From Verrucomicrobiales bacterium (GTDB lineage Bacteria; Verrucomicrobiota; Verrucomicrobiia; Verrucomicrobiales; V1-33), in assembly GCA_031411295.1 (NCBI GenBank), contig JANOAV010000157.1:126284-190283 (forward strand): a stretch of DNA of 64,000 bases. The letters are read 5' to 3'. The position numbers were made by a program, and so were the translations under genes. Of this stretch, positions 40,758 to 49,253 are shown piece after piece; within the stretch, counting starts at the first letter, position 1; every line of letters starts with the position of its first letter. Under the pieces are notes generated by a model that saw only the letters and a program-made list of their open reading frames with translations, ran no database searches and had not been told where the DNA came from.

Positions 40758-41660
40758 TTAATTTCCAGATTCTCTGGTTCCGCTACTGCCCGGCTGGCTT
40801 TGCGGGGGAACAGCGGGCAACGCTTTGCGCATGGCCGCCAATTCCGCTGTTAGTTCCTGCACTTTTAGCGCGGCGGCGGCGGCCTCTTTTTGCGCGGCCG
40901 CCCGCTCGCCTTCCGCTTTGGCCAGGATGTTTTTCATTTCCAATTCCTTCTGTTCCAGGGTCTGGCGGGCATGACTGGCTTCTTGTTTCATGGCCGCGAG
41001 GGAGTTATTCCAAGCCTCCTCCTTGCTGCCAAACGAGTTTTTCACGGCGGCCAGTTCTTTGGTGACGGCGGCTAGTTTCGCTTCCCCCGCTCCCAGCTCG
41101 GTCACTTTGGTCCGCAGCAATTGTTCGGCTGCCCCCAAGGCGGCTTTGGCCTCATCACGGGACTTAGCCGTGACCTCCTCCTTTGCTAACACCTGCGCCA
41201 TCGCCTGACTGCGTTGAGTCAATTGCTGGCTCAGGTTGCTCGCCTGGTCTTGAAATTGCGTCTTCAGCACCTCATCGGCCGCATGATTCTGCGTAATGGC
41301 CTCCACGCGGCTATTTTGCGATTTGTGATCAGAATACCACAGGGCGCCCATGATCGGAACTGCCAGTAAAGCCGCCCGGGTCAACCAGGGATTGCCACCA
41401 CCCGCACTCGCAGCAGACTCGCGGGGTGCGGAGCAAGCAGGAAGCAGCGACTTTGCCAGACGGGAACCACCCGCTAGACTGGCCGCGCGCGTCCAAATGG
41501 TGAACTGCTTGCCAGGCAGGGAGATTCTGCGCGCACCACCGACGGGAACTGCACTACCGGCAGGCTGAGTCATTGACGGAGTCGCCACGGAACGACGCGT
41601 CCAGACGGTAAATGCTTGGCCGGGGAGTGTAAGTAGAGGGGTAGGGGTATCGGACATCAT
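40758..41660 (-). CDS. Hypothetical single-TM coiled-coil protein
   Basis: One TM segment then an A/E/K/Q-rich helical region. Start at ATG 41660 or 41657. Confidence 0.7.
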   Translation of the reverse strand: MMSDTPTPLLTLPGQAFTVWTRRSVATPSMTQPAGSAVPVGGARRISLPGKQFTIWTRAASLAGGSRLAKSLLPACSAPRESAASAGGGNPWLTRAALLAVPIMGALWYSDHKSQNSRVEAITQNHAADEVLKTQFQDQASNLSQQLTQRSQAMAQVLAKEEVTAKSRDEAKAALGAAEQLLRTKVTELGAGEAKLAAVTKELAAVKNSFGSKEEAWNNSLAAMKQEASHARQTLEQKELEMKNILAKAEGERAAAQKEAAAAALKVQELTAELAAMRKALPAVPPQSQPGSSGTRESGN

Positions 41661-41783
41661 GGGGCAAGGTAAGCGCTTGCGGGCGAATGAAAAATGAATT
41701 TCTGCCAATGATATCACATCAATGAGTAGCCCTTCTCCCGCCGCCCACACTGCACCGCAGTCACTAACCTGATGAAACCTCAG

Positions 41784-42623
41784 CTAGCGCACCTGACTCA
41801 GCGCAGCGGAGATCGCCTTGCGCTCCAACAAGAAGAGGTCGTTATGCATCGCGTCCGGCACTTCATGATACTCGATGAGGTCTGGCGTGGAGGCCTTGAG
41901 ATCACGTGACATTTGCGTCGGGATGACTTCATCATCCGTGCCGTGGAAGACGATGAATTTCCCCCCGCCGGCTGCCAACTCACGCAACCGGGCCACGTTA
42001 TCGAAGCGATGATACACGAGAAATCCTAGGGGCACATGGGCGACTTGGCGGGACATCTCCATGGTGCTCGTGAAGGGTGCTAGCAGCACCCCTTGATGAA
42101 TGTCGAACTCACGGGCGGCCAGCAGCACGGCAGCGGCTCCCAAGCTGTGCCCAAAGACGCGCAGCTTTGGTTTCAGCACGTCCATCCCAATCCCCAGCGC
42201 CTTCCCCGCAGCAGGCACCGCAGCAGCCATGGTTTCCTGAATTCGCGCAGGCGTGGGATGACCGGGACATTCGCCATAGCCGGGAAAATCGATCAGCAAA
42301 AAGGCATCGCGAGGATCTCCCTTATCCCAGCAGAAATCGGCTAACTCCAGCGCCACCGTGGCATTACCTCCGGCCACGATCCACAGCCGTTCCGGAGGCC
42401 CCTGCTGGCGCACCCGACGTTGGAGATACGCTACCTGAGTCCCCTGCGAGGTCTCATAAGTCACCCGTTGGCCGTTAGTCTTACTGGCCCATCCGGCCAC
42501 CTCTCCGTTGCCGTAGGGTCTTGGAAAATAGATGAATTTCGACTGGCAACCGGTCAGCAGGACCAAGCTACCGAGCACAACTCCGAGGATAATCCGAAAC
42601 AGACTGCGAGAGAATTTTTTCAT
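41784..42623 (-). CDS. Alpha/beta hydrolase, probable lipoprotein
   Basis: LLTGC lipobox-like sequence, FPGYG, GHSLG, HGTDDEVIP, HND motifs. Confidence 0.88.
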   Translation of the reverse strand: MKKFSRSLFRIILGVVLGSLVLLTGCQSKFIYFPRPYGNGEVAGWASKTNGQRVTYETSQGTQVAYLQRRVRQQGPPERLWIVAGGNATVALELADFCWDKGDPRDAFLLIDFPGYGECPGHPTPARIQETMAAAVPAAGKALGIGMDVLKPKLRVFGHSLGAAAVLLAAREFDIHQGVLLAPFTSTMEMSRQVAHVPLGFLVYHRFDNVARLRELAAGGGKFIVFHGTDDEVIPTQMSRDLKASTPDLIEYHEVPDAMHNDLFLLERKAISAALSQVR

Positions 42624-42750
42624 CGTCCCGCAGCTTGCCACGTCTGGTTGCACTAGGCAAATCGGAAAGCAAACGCCGATCAGATACGCCCCTGCCGGCA
42701 GCCGTGAAATTTCACTTCGCAAACTGCTAGAAATGGCTCATCTTGCGGCA

Positions 42751-43794
42751 ATGATCTCTCCCGTTACCATTCCCGTGCTTTGCCCCTACTGCGCGGCTCC
42801 CTTTCTGCCGCAAACTCAGGACCCCACTGCCCACACCACCTGTCCCAAGTGCTCAGGGAGCATGCAGGTCGGACAGTGCGCCCCGGCCCCCGCGCCCGCC
42901 CTGGAGGTCATGGCATGGAAGACCCAAGCGCAACGCGCAGACCGCGCCTTGGCCAGCCAGCAGGAACGGCAGTTCCGCGGCATCCTCTGGCTTTCCGCAG
43001 GGGTGGCGCTCGTTGCGGGAATTTTGCTCTGGCGCATGGCCAAGCATGGCTCGGCTCCTGCCTCCGCCGACCTTCCCGCCGCAGCGCTGAGTGCGGATAA
43101 GACCGTCGTCCAGTCCATCTTCGCCAGCGCCAAAGCGGCACTTGAATGCCCGGATTGGCAGCATCTGCACCAGCACGTGCTGGCCCCGGACAGAGTCAAA
43201 CCGCTCATCCAATGGTATTATCAGAAAAACCCGCGTGGCTATCAGCCCCGGGTCGTCACCGGTTTTGAACGGGAATTGGTTGATCAAGTCCAGCAACCAG
43301 CCACCGCCACCATGCGCGTATTAGCCAACGACGGTGCCTTGCATGTGCTGCTGCAACAGACTGCGGAGGGCTGGAAACTGGACTGGGAATCTTTCGCCAA
43401 TGTCTATTCCATCCTCTGGGCCGATTTCCTGAAAGGGGCGGAGGGCTCTCCAAAAGAGCTTCCCATGCCAGTGGAGATCGAGGTCTGTCCTCCCAGCACC
43501 TTAGTGCCTTCCTGGTTTGCGGCCACGGGATTCCCCCGGGACGACGCCCGGCGGGCGGTGCGGCTTATAGTGGGGCACCCCACCAACGTAGCCGCAGCCT
43601 GTTGGTCCTCCGACGATCCCGTGGGGCGGGAAATTCTGAGCAGCCTGGAACAACAGGGCGGCCGCGGCCTGAAGTGGATCTTACAGGTTGAACTCGTGCG
43701 GGCCGATGCTTTCCCACCCGCAGTGAAAGTGAAAGCCATCGTGCAAAAACGATGGAACAATCCAGCCGAACCCCAGCCCAAGGATCCACCGTGA
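42751..43794 (+). CDS. Hypothetical protein with N-terminal zinc ribbon and one TM helix
   Basis: CPYC...CPKC, TM segment, WKLDWESF. Start at 42733 or 42751. Confidence 0.7.
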   Translation: MISPVTIPVLCPYCAAPFLPQTQDPTAHTTCPKCSGSMQVGQCAPAPAPALEVMAWKTQAQRADRALASQQERQFRGILWLSAGVALVAGILLWRMAKHGSAPASADLPAAALSADKTVVQSIFASAKAALECPDWQHLHQHVLAPDRVKPLIQWYYQKNPRGYQPRVVTGFERELVDQVQQPATATMRVLANDGALHVLLQQTAEGWKLDWESFANVYSILWADFLKGAEGSPKELPMPVEIEVCPPSTLVPSWFAATGFPRDDARRAVRLIVGHPTNVAAACWSSDDPVGREILSSLEQQGGRGLKWILQVELVRADAFPPAVKVKAIVQKRWNNPAEPQPKDPP

Positions 43795-43863
43795 AGGAAC
43801 ACCTGCGGGGCAACTGATGGGGCCAGCGCTTGCTTGCCTGGAAATTCTGGGTAGGGGTGGGAC

Positions 43864-45594
43864 ATGAAGCGCGTTATCTATTTTCTCATCACCTTGGGAT
43901 GTGTGTTAGGCTTGGGCCGAACGGAGCCAACCGTGCCCATCAAACCATCCCCCTCCCCTGCTGCCACGCCCGCAGCGGTCAATCCTACCCCGGTCATCAC
44001 CCAGAGAGAAGTCACCATGCTGCTCCAGGGCAAAAAAGCCGTAGAACAAGTCCGGGCGGAGTTGAAGGAAAAGGAAACCAAGCTGGATAATTTGCGCACT
44101 GGCAAAGGTCTGCCCGCCAAAGGATCCGCCGAAGAGATCGAAGCGATGCTGAAGGAGGTTGATGAAGCACGCCTGGGGCTCGCACGCAACGAAGCGGATC
44201 TCAGGGAAGCCATGCTCGGAGTGGCGGGACTTACAGAGCGGGATACCAAACCAGAGGAGGCTAACCTCTCGGCCGACTTGAAGGACGTGCTCCAACCGCT
44301 CTTGCGCTCCGCCAAGCAACTCGTAGCCCAGCAACGCAAGACCGTGGAAATGCAGGCGGAACTCGAGCAGAAGCGCAAATTGCTCGGCAAGTATGATGGT
44401 GCCCAGACCTACCTCCGCAGCGTAGCCGATGCCATGCCTACTAGCCCCGCTGGCAAGGACCTGCGGGAAATGCTGGTCGAAGAACGCAAGCAACTGGAGA
44501 CCGAGCGCGCGCATTTGCCAGTGGAAATTGCCAATCTGGAACGGGAACTCGAGAGCTTGGAGAAGGATCGCAAGCCGTGGACCGCCTACGCCTCGGAACT
44601 CCTGCGCGACTCCGTGCTGCGTCGCGTGTGGAATTTGTTGCTGGCCGGACTCGCCTTCACCCTCGTGCTGGCATTGTGTCGTTTGGCCCACCGCATGATC
44701 AACCGACGCGGCTGGGCCCGGAAGTTCGGCATCTCCGTTTTTATGCTGCGTTTGGGAAATGTTTTCTATTATCTCTTCTCAGCCCTGGCCGCGGGGTTGG
44801 CCGCCTTCCTCGTGCTCTATGCCTCTGGAGATTGGTTCCTCCTCACCCTGGCCATGCTGGTGCTGGCCGGCCTGCTGCTAGCCGGACGCCACACGCTGCC
44901 CAAGGTTTATGAGCAAGTGAAGTTGCTCCTGAATCTCGGATCTTGTCGCGAGGGAGAACGCGTCATTTACCGGGATCTGCCCTGGCTCGTGAAGCGGCTG
45001 AATCTTTATTGCGACTTGGTGAACCCCAGTCTCACCGGCGGCACCCTGCGGCTTACCCTGCGGGACGTTATCCCGCTGCATTCCAGACCCTACGACCGCA
45101 AAGAACGCTGGTTCCCCACCGAGGACGGAGACTGGGTGCAACTCCAGGACGGCCTACTCGCCAGAGTGGTCCTGCAAACTCCCGAATATGTCCAACTCGT
45201 GCCTAACGGCGGCAGCTACAAGACCTATCCCACCGTGGATTTCCTTAAACAACATCCGCGCAACCTTTCCCACGGCTTCCGCATCCAGAGCGTCTTTGGC
45301 ATCTCCTATGATCATCTCCAGCAAGCCTACGAAGAAATTCCCCACAAGCTCGAAGGTCGCGTCCGAAAAGAGTTATCCGCCCTTGTCGCCAAGGACGACA
45401 TCATGCATTGCCAGGTCATGATCGCCCACGCCAGCCCCTCATCCCTGGATTTGATGGTCCTCGTTGACTTCCGGGGCGATGCCGCCGTGCGTTACTCCGA
45501 ACTCGAACGCGTCGTGCAAAGAGCCTGCGTGGCCGAAGCCGGGGATCAGCAATGGAGCATCCCCTTCCCCCAACTCACCGTCCACAACGTGTGA
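43864..45594 (+). CDS. MscS-family mechanosensitive channel-like protein with periplasmic coiled coil
   Basis: Signal peptide, coiled coil, TM segments, FGISY, C-terminal IPFPQ. Confidence 0.8.
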   Translation: MKRVIYFLITLGCVLGLGRTEPTVPIKPSPSPAATPAAVNPTPVITQREVTMLLQGKKAVEQVRAELKEKETKLDNLRTGKGLPAKGSAEEIEAMLKEVDEARLGLARNEADLREAMLGVAGLTERDTKPEEANLSADLKDVLQPLLRSAKQLVAQQRKTVEMQAELEQKRKLLGKYDGAQTYLRSVADAMPTSPAGKDLREMLVEERKQLETERAHLPVEIANLERELESLEKDRKPWTAYASELLRDSVLRRVWNLLLAGLAFTLVLALCRLAHRMINRRGWARKFGISVFMLRLGNVFYYLFSALAAGLAAFLVLYASGDWFLLTLAMLVLAGLLLAGRHTLPKVYEQVKLLLNLGSCREGERVIYRDLPWLVKRLNLYCDLVNPSLTGGTLRLTLRDVIPLHSRPYDRKERWFPTEDGDWVQLQDGLLARVVLQTPEYVQLVPNGGSYKTYPTVDFLKQHPRNLSHGFRIQSVFGISYDHLQQAYEEIPHKLEGRVRKELSALVAKDDIMHCQVMIAHASPSSLDLMVLVDFRGDAAVRYSELERVVQRACVAEAGDQQWSIPFPQLTVHNV

Positions 45595-45635
45595 AGTTTA
45601 AAAAACTAAGCGGGTTCGCGCTCTTAACGCAGCAG

Positions 45636-45968
45636 TTAGTTGGTAGGTGCGCAGGTTGGCTTGGCGTTCACGATCACTTCGAAAAAATCCAGCTTCCCGT
45701 CCGTAAAGCGCAGGCAGCTAGCCTCATCTTCAAGCCCAGCTTTCTGGATCAACGTTGAGTTCTCAAAGAAATCGAGGATCTCCTCCCTCGTGGTCTCCAC
45801 ACCATAATCCCGCACATTCAGAAAGCCACGGTCCTAGATGTCCTTCTGAATATCATCCGGGTTCAGATACACTCCAATAAGCTTCTGCGGCACCATCGCC
45901 TTGATGGTGCTTTTGCCAGAGCCATTGGGCCCAGCGAACATCCGCAGCCTGGGGACGGCATGACTCAT
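45636..45968 (-). pseudogene. Zeta-toxin/AAA-like P-loop protein pseudogene
   Basis: Manual translation gives MSHAVPRLRMFAGPNGSGKST...YLNPDDIQKDI*DRGF..., with an in-frame TAG at 45834-45836 and an end after only 110 codons. Confidence 0.8.
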
Positions 45969-46192
45969 GGAATCCGCACACGGGTTCCGATGGGCACACT
46001 CAGTGGCTTCTCAGTCGTCTTGATCAGCTTCCTCGTGCCATCAGCAAACGCCTGATAGATTCCCCCATCACCACTCACGAGCACCGCTTGGCCAGATGCC
46101 AATGCCTGCCAGTAAGCCACATCCACCGCCGCCGCAGAGAGACTGGGGATTTGCTGTTCCAAGTAATCAATAGTTTGTTCGGGATCGGCCAT
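45965..46192 (-). CDS. Small hypothetical protein, putative partner/antitoxin of the downstream P-loop gene
   Basis: 75 aa ORF coupled by an ATGA overlap to the zeta-like pseudogene. Confidence 0.7.
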   Translation of the reverse strand: MADPEQTIDYLEQQIPSLSAAAVDVAYWQALASGQAVLVSGDGGIYQAFADGTRKLIKTTEKPLSVPIGTRVRIP

Positions 46193-46205
46193 AGGTTAAA
46201 GAAAG

Positions 46206-46232
46206 TGGAGGCGAGGGGAGTCGAACCCCTGT
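46206..46232 (-). other. ssrA: att site: 3' fragment of tmRNA (or tRNA-Ala), not a complete gene
   Basis: Minus strand ACAGGGGTTCGACTCCCCTCGCCTCCA: T-stem AGGGG/CCCCT, TTCGACT loop, acceptor 3' strand CGCCTCC-A. No matching 5' part; 120 bp from the integrase. Confidence 0.8.
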
Positions 46233-46247
46233 TTCGCTTAAAGGGAG

Positions 46248-46349
46248 TCCATAAAAATCCAGAAACGTCCAGTTCTCGGTTTAATAAGGGTTGGAGCGAT
46301 TGATTTGGATTTCATTGGACGAATTTGGATGTTGTCACTATTGTTGTCA
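46248..46349. repeat. att-arm repeats: phased TCCA x3 and TGGA x3, direct TGTTGTCA x2
   Basis: TCCA at 46248/46258/46268; TGGA at 46306/46316/46326; TGTTGTCA at 46330 and 46342. Confidence 0.7.
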
Positions 46350-46351
46350 TC

Positions 46352-47500
46352 ATGGCCTCACTCCGAAAACGCCCCACATCCTCGCTCTGGTTCGCTTGTT
46401 ATACCGATAAATTCGGGAAGCGGCGGCAACGGTCCACGGGCACGAACGACAAGAAGAAGGCCATGAAATTGGCGATGGAGTTTGAGGCGGCAGCGCGGGC
46501 CAATCGGACAGCAAAACAAGTGCGCGCAGTAATCGCTGATCTGCACAAGGAATTGACCGGGGAAGCCCTGCCGACCAAAACCATTTCCGATTTTGTGGCG
46601 ATGTGGCTGGCCAACAAAGCAAAAGAAACAGCCGACTCCACCCTTGTGTTCTATAAGGGGGCCACCAAAAAATTCCTCACCTTCTTGGGTGAAGGCGCAG
46701 ATCGTGATATTGCCCTCATCACCAAGCTGGACGTGACCAATTTTAGAAATTCCCAAATTGGCACGCTGCACCCGAAGACGGTCAACCATGATTTGAAATG
46801 CCTCAAAATGCTCTTCAAAGCAGCGCGGCGGGAAGGTCTTCTGGTGGATGATCCCACGGAATTTGTCGATACCGTGCGTAACCGTGAAAAGGACTCTGAA
46901 ACACCGAAACGCGCCTTTACGCTGGATGAGTTGAAAGCGACCCTTGCGGCCTGTAACAAGGAGTGGAAAAGCATGATGATTTTCGGATTATACACTGGCC
47001 AACGTCTCAAAGATATTGCGGATTTAACCTGGGCGAATCTGGATCTCGATAAAGAACTCATCCGCCTCACCACGGACAAGACGGACCGGAGAATGCAGAT
47101 TCCAATTCCAGCACCATTACTGCGGCACATCGAAACACTCTCCGCTCCCGATGGCCGACCCGAGGACTGCTTTATTCATCCCCGTTCTGCATCGCTAGAC
47201 TCAGGAACCCTCAGCAATCAATTCGGAAAAATCCTGGCTACGGCTGGGCTCCGCGAGAAGAAAGCTCACAGGAAAAGTCACGGGCTAGGCCGCAGCGCCA
47301 AGCGGACCTATAATGCCCTCACCTTCCATTCCCTGAGGGCAACTGCGACCACGATGATGCACGATGCAGGCATTCCCGCAGCCATCGTCCAAGAAATCAT
47401 TGGGCACGATAGCGAGGAAATTCACCGTGCTTATGTCAAGGTGGACCGCACGATGATGGCGAAAGGCACAGACTCGCTCCCAGACATTGTTGGAGCCTAG
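46352..47500 (+). CDS. Tyrosine recombinase/integrase
   Basis: YTGQR, FHSLR, IGHDS...HRAY catalytic motifs; N-terminal arm-binding region (RRQRSTGT). Confidence 0.95.
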   Translation: MASLRKRPTSSLWFACYTDKFGKRRQRSTGTNDKKKAMKLAMEFEAAARANRTAKQVRAVIADLHKELTGEALPTKTISDFVAMWLANKAKETADSTLVFYKGATKKFLTFLGEGADRDIALITKLDVTNFRNSQIGTLHPKTVNHDLKCLKMLFKAARREGLLVDDPTEFVDTVRNREKDSETPKRAFTLDELKATLAACNKEWKSMMIFGLYTGQRLKDIADLTWANLDLDKELIRLTTDKTDRRMQIPIPAPLLRHIETLSAPDGRPEDCFIHPRSASLDSGTLSNQFGKILATAGLREKKAHRKSHGLGRSAKRTYNALTFHSLRATATTMMHDAGIPAAIVQEIIGHDSEEIHRAYVKVDRTMMAKGTDSLPDIVGA

Positions 47501-47529
47501 CTGTCAGCAATCTAAACACTACCCCATGT

Positions 47530-48675
47530 ATGGCAAATTCTACCAGCGACCTAGTAAGCGAATATCTCCAACTCCCTTCTCCAGAGGAATTACAGGCACG
47601 GATGGTCCCTGCTCAAACTCCATCGGATGCCTTGCAGCAATTCAAGGAAGTCCGTGATACCTTGAACACGCAGCGCAGTGAGATAGCAGCGCGGCTAGAC
47701 CATGAATCACTGTTCGAGCTTTGGCTAAAGCTGTGCACCAAGCATGGCATCGAAAATAGTTTGCTATTTTCCTCCAATCCTGACAACGCATCATCCGAGT
47801 TGTTCCCCATCGAACTGGTTCCAGTATACGAAGACTGGATCAACCGCTGTAAACAGGGCTTTGCAGATGCAGAATCCGAACAGGCAGTAAAATTTGGAGA
47901 ATCCTTGGCCGCCGCAAAGGCCGAAATGGGGGCTCGGTGGAAGGACGGAGCGATTGATGCTCGGGAATGGCTGTGCTCTATAATTGACTCACAGATCAAA
48001 ACTGCGGAGGCGGAAATGCTGCTGCGAGCCTGGTTCGATCATGTGACTGTGGGTGATATTCTAAGCATGGATTCTGAGGATCGAAATGCAGATCACGGAA
48101 ACATCGACGAGAAACAACTCAGAAAATACTATGAGGGTTTTGCTATAGGCGACAAGTTACCTGAATTCATGCAGAACAAGCTAGATCAGCGCTTCACTGA
48201 ACGCTGGCCTGAAGGGAGGCAGTTGAAGGACTGGCAGAAGATCATCGGAGTGAATGCTTGGGGAGCCTTTTGGCAGAAGTTTGGAGGTCATTACCTAGCG
48301 GGGCGCAATGAGCTGGCAGGAGCGACGGCGGCCATTAAAAGAACTCGCAAATCAGCCGGAGAAGAAGGCTCTGTTGAACGCACTAGGTCGCGATACATCA
48401 AATTCACCCAGTCATTTGTGCAATGGCTCAATAAGCGGCCTGTGACATTAGACCTCATAAAGGCTTTCCCAAAGCAAGAGGATGTCAGCCTTTTAAAAGG
48501 CCGTGAATTCCTTGGGGTTTTGTTCACTGCAAAGCAGAACCCAGGAACCCGTGGGGACATGGAAGGACCCTTGAGTAATTCGGACATCAGGCTTTCGCAA
48601 ACCGATGCTGATGTATGCTTTGGCATCCTTTTTCGGAGGGAAATTCCCGAGCCAAAGAAAAAAGTCAAAAAATAG
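47530..48675 (+). CDS. Hypothetical protein
   Basis: 381 aa ORF between the integrase and the Xis-like gene; no motif recognised. Confidence 0.75.
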   Translation: MANSTSDLVSEYLQLPSPEELQARMVPAQTPSDALQQFKEVRDTLNTQRSEIAARLDHESLFELWLKLCTKHGIENSLLFSSNPDNASSELFPIELVPVYEDWINRCKQGFADAESEQAVKFGESLAAAKAEMGARWKDGAIDAREWLCSIIDSQIKTAEAEMLLRAWFDHVTVGDILSMDSEDRNADHGNIDEKQLRKYYEGFAIGDKLPEFMQNKLDQRFTERWPEGRQLKDWQKIIGVNAWGAFWQKFGGHYLAGRNELAGATAAIKRTRKSAGEEGSVERTRSRYIKFTQSFVQWLNKRPVTLDLIKAFPKQEDVSLLKGREFLGVLFTAKQNPGTRGDMEGPLSNSDIRLSQTDADVCFGILFRREIPEPKKKVKK

Positions 48676-48719
48676 CTTTGCATGGATACTAGTGTGATCC
48701 GAGCGCATCCAATTGGTCA

Positions 48720-48864
48720 TTTGCTGCAATCTTTTTGGTTTCCTCCTGATTTTTGCTGCAAGTGGCTAGTGTTCTGACGGGTTTTTGCTGCACAAGGTTA
48801 GGATGTCGCGGTATTTTGCTGCAAGTGAGGGCTTTTAACCAGTCCAAGAACTCGATTTTGCTGG
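48720..48864 (+). repeat. Helically phased direct repeats TTTGCTG(CA)
   Basis: Five copies with TTTG starting at 48720, 48752, 48784, 48815 and 48857; spacings 32, 32, 31, 42 bp. Confidence 0.8.
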
Positions 48865-48987
48865 AGTCGCTAGCCGCCCGCGCTGCCTCCGCTGGAATGG
48901 GCAGAGTGGTAAGATCTCTGTATCCACCAAAACGCCTAGTTCTCACACTGAGATCTAACCACCTATGGCGGACAATTCCTTCAGACC

Positions 48988-49224
48988 ATGATAGCCATCG
49001 AAAAACAAGCAGCACTCGCCACCGCCAACCAGACCACCGTTTCATCCCCTGAGTTCAAACCTCGATTTATCAAAATCGGCACCGCATCCGCCTATTCAGG
49101 AATAGGGCGCTCCACCCTCTACGAGATGTTGAATGCGGGTAAAATCAAAAGCCACAAAGTCGGTGGGGCGCGGTTGATCGACCGGGAGAGCCTGGATGCG
49201 TATATCTCCGCCCAGCCAGCCTAA
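48988..49224 (+). CDS. Excisionase-like HTH DNA-binding protein (HTH_17/AlpA-like)
   Basis: ASAYSGIGRSTLYEML--GKI---KVG-ARLI--ESLDAYI. Confidence 0.9.
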   Translation: MIAIEKQAALATANQTTVSSPEFKPRFIKIGTASAYSGIGRSTLYEMLNAGKIKSHKVGGARLIDRESLDAYISAQPA

Positions 49225-49253
49225 GTTCTAAAACCGCACTCACATTTCAAAAC

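Noticed and set aside
45834..45836. Programmed TAG readthrough (pyrrolysine or recoding)
   Set aside because: The frame is also truncated downstream, TAG is used as a normal stop elsewhere in the window, and no pyl genes are visible.
46206..46290. Complete tRNA or tmRNA gene
   Set aside because: Only the T-arm and acceptor 3' strand are present. The upstream sequence has no matching GGGGGCG 5' strand, D-arm or anticodon arm, so it is treated as an att remnant.
48720..48864. Mini CRISPR array
   Set aside because: The repeats are only 7-14 bp with about 32-bp periodicity, too short for repeat-spacer units, and there are no cas genes.
48689..49052. ORFs 48689-49045 (-) and 48753-49052 (+)
   Set aside because: They span the repeat-rich regulatory spacer, overlap the xis-like gene and have no protein-like features.
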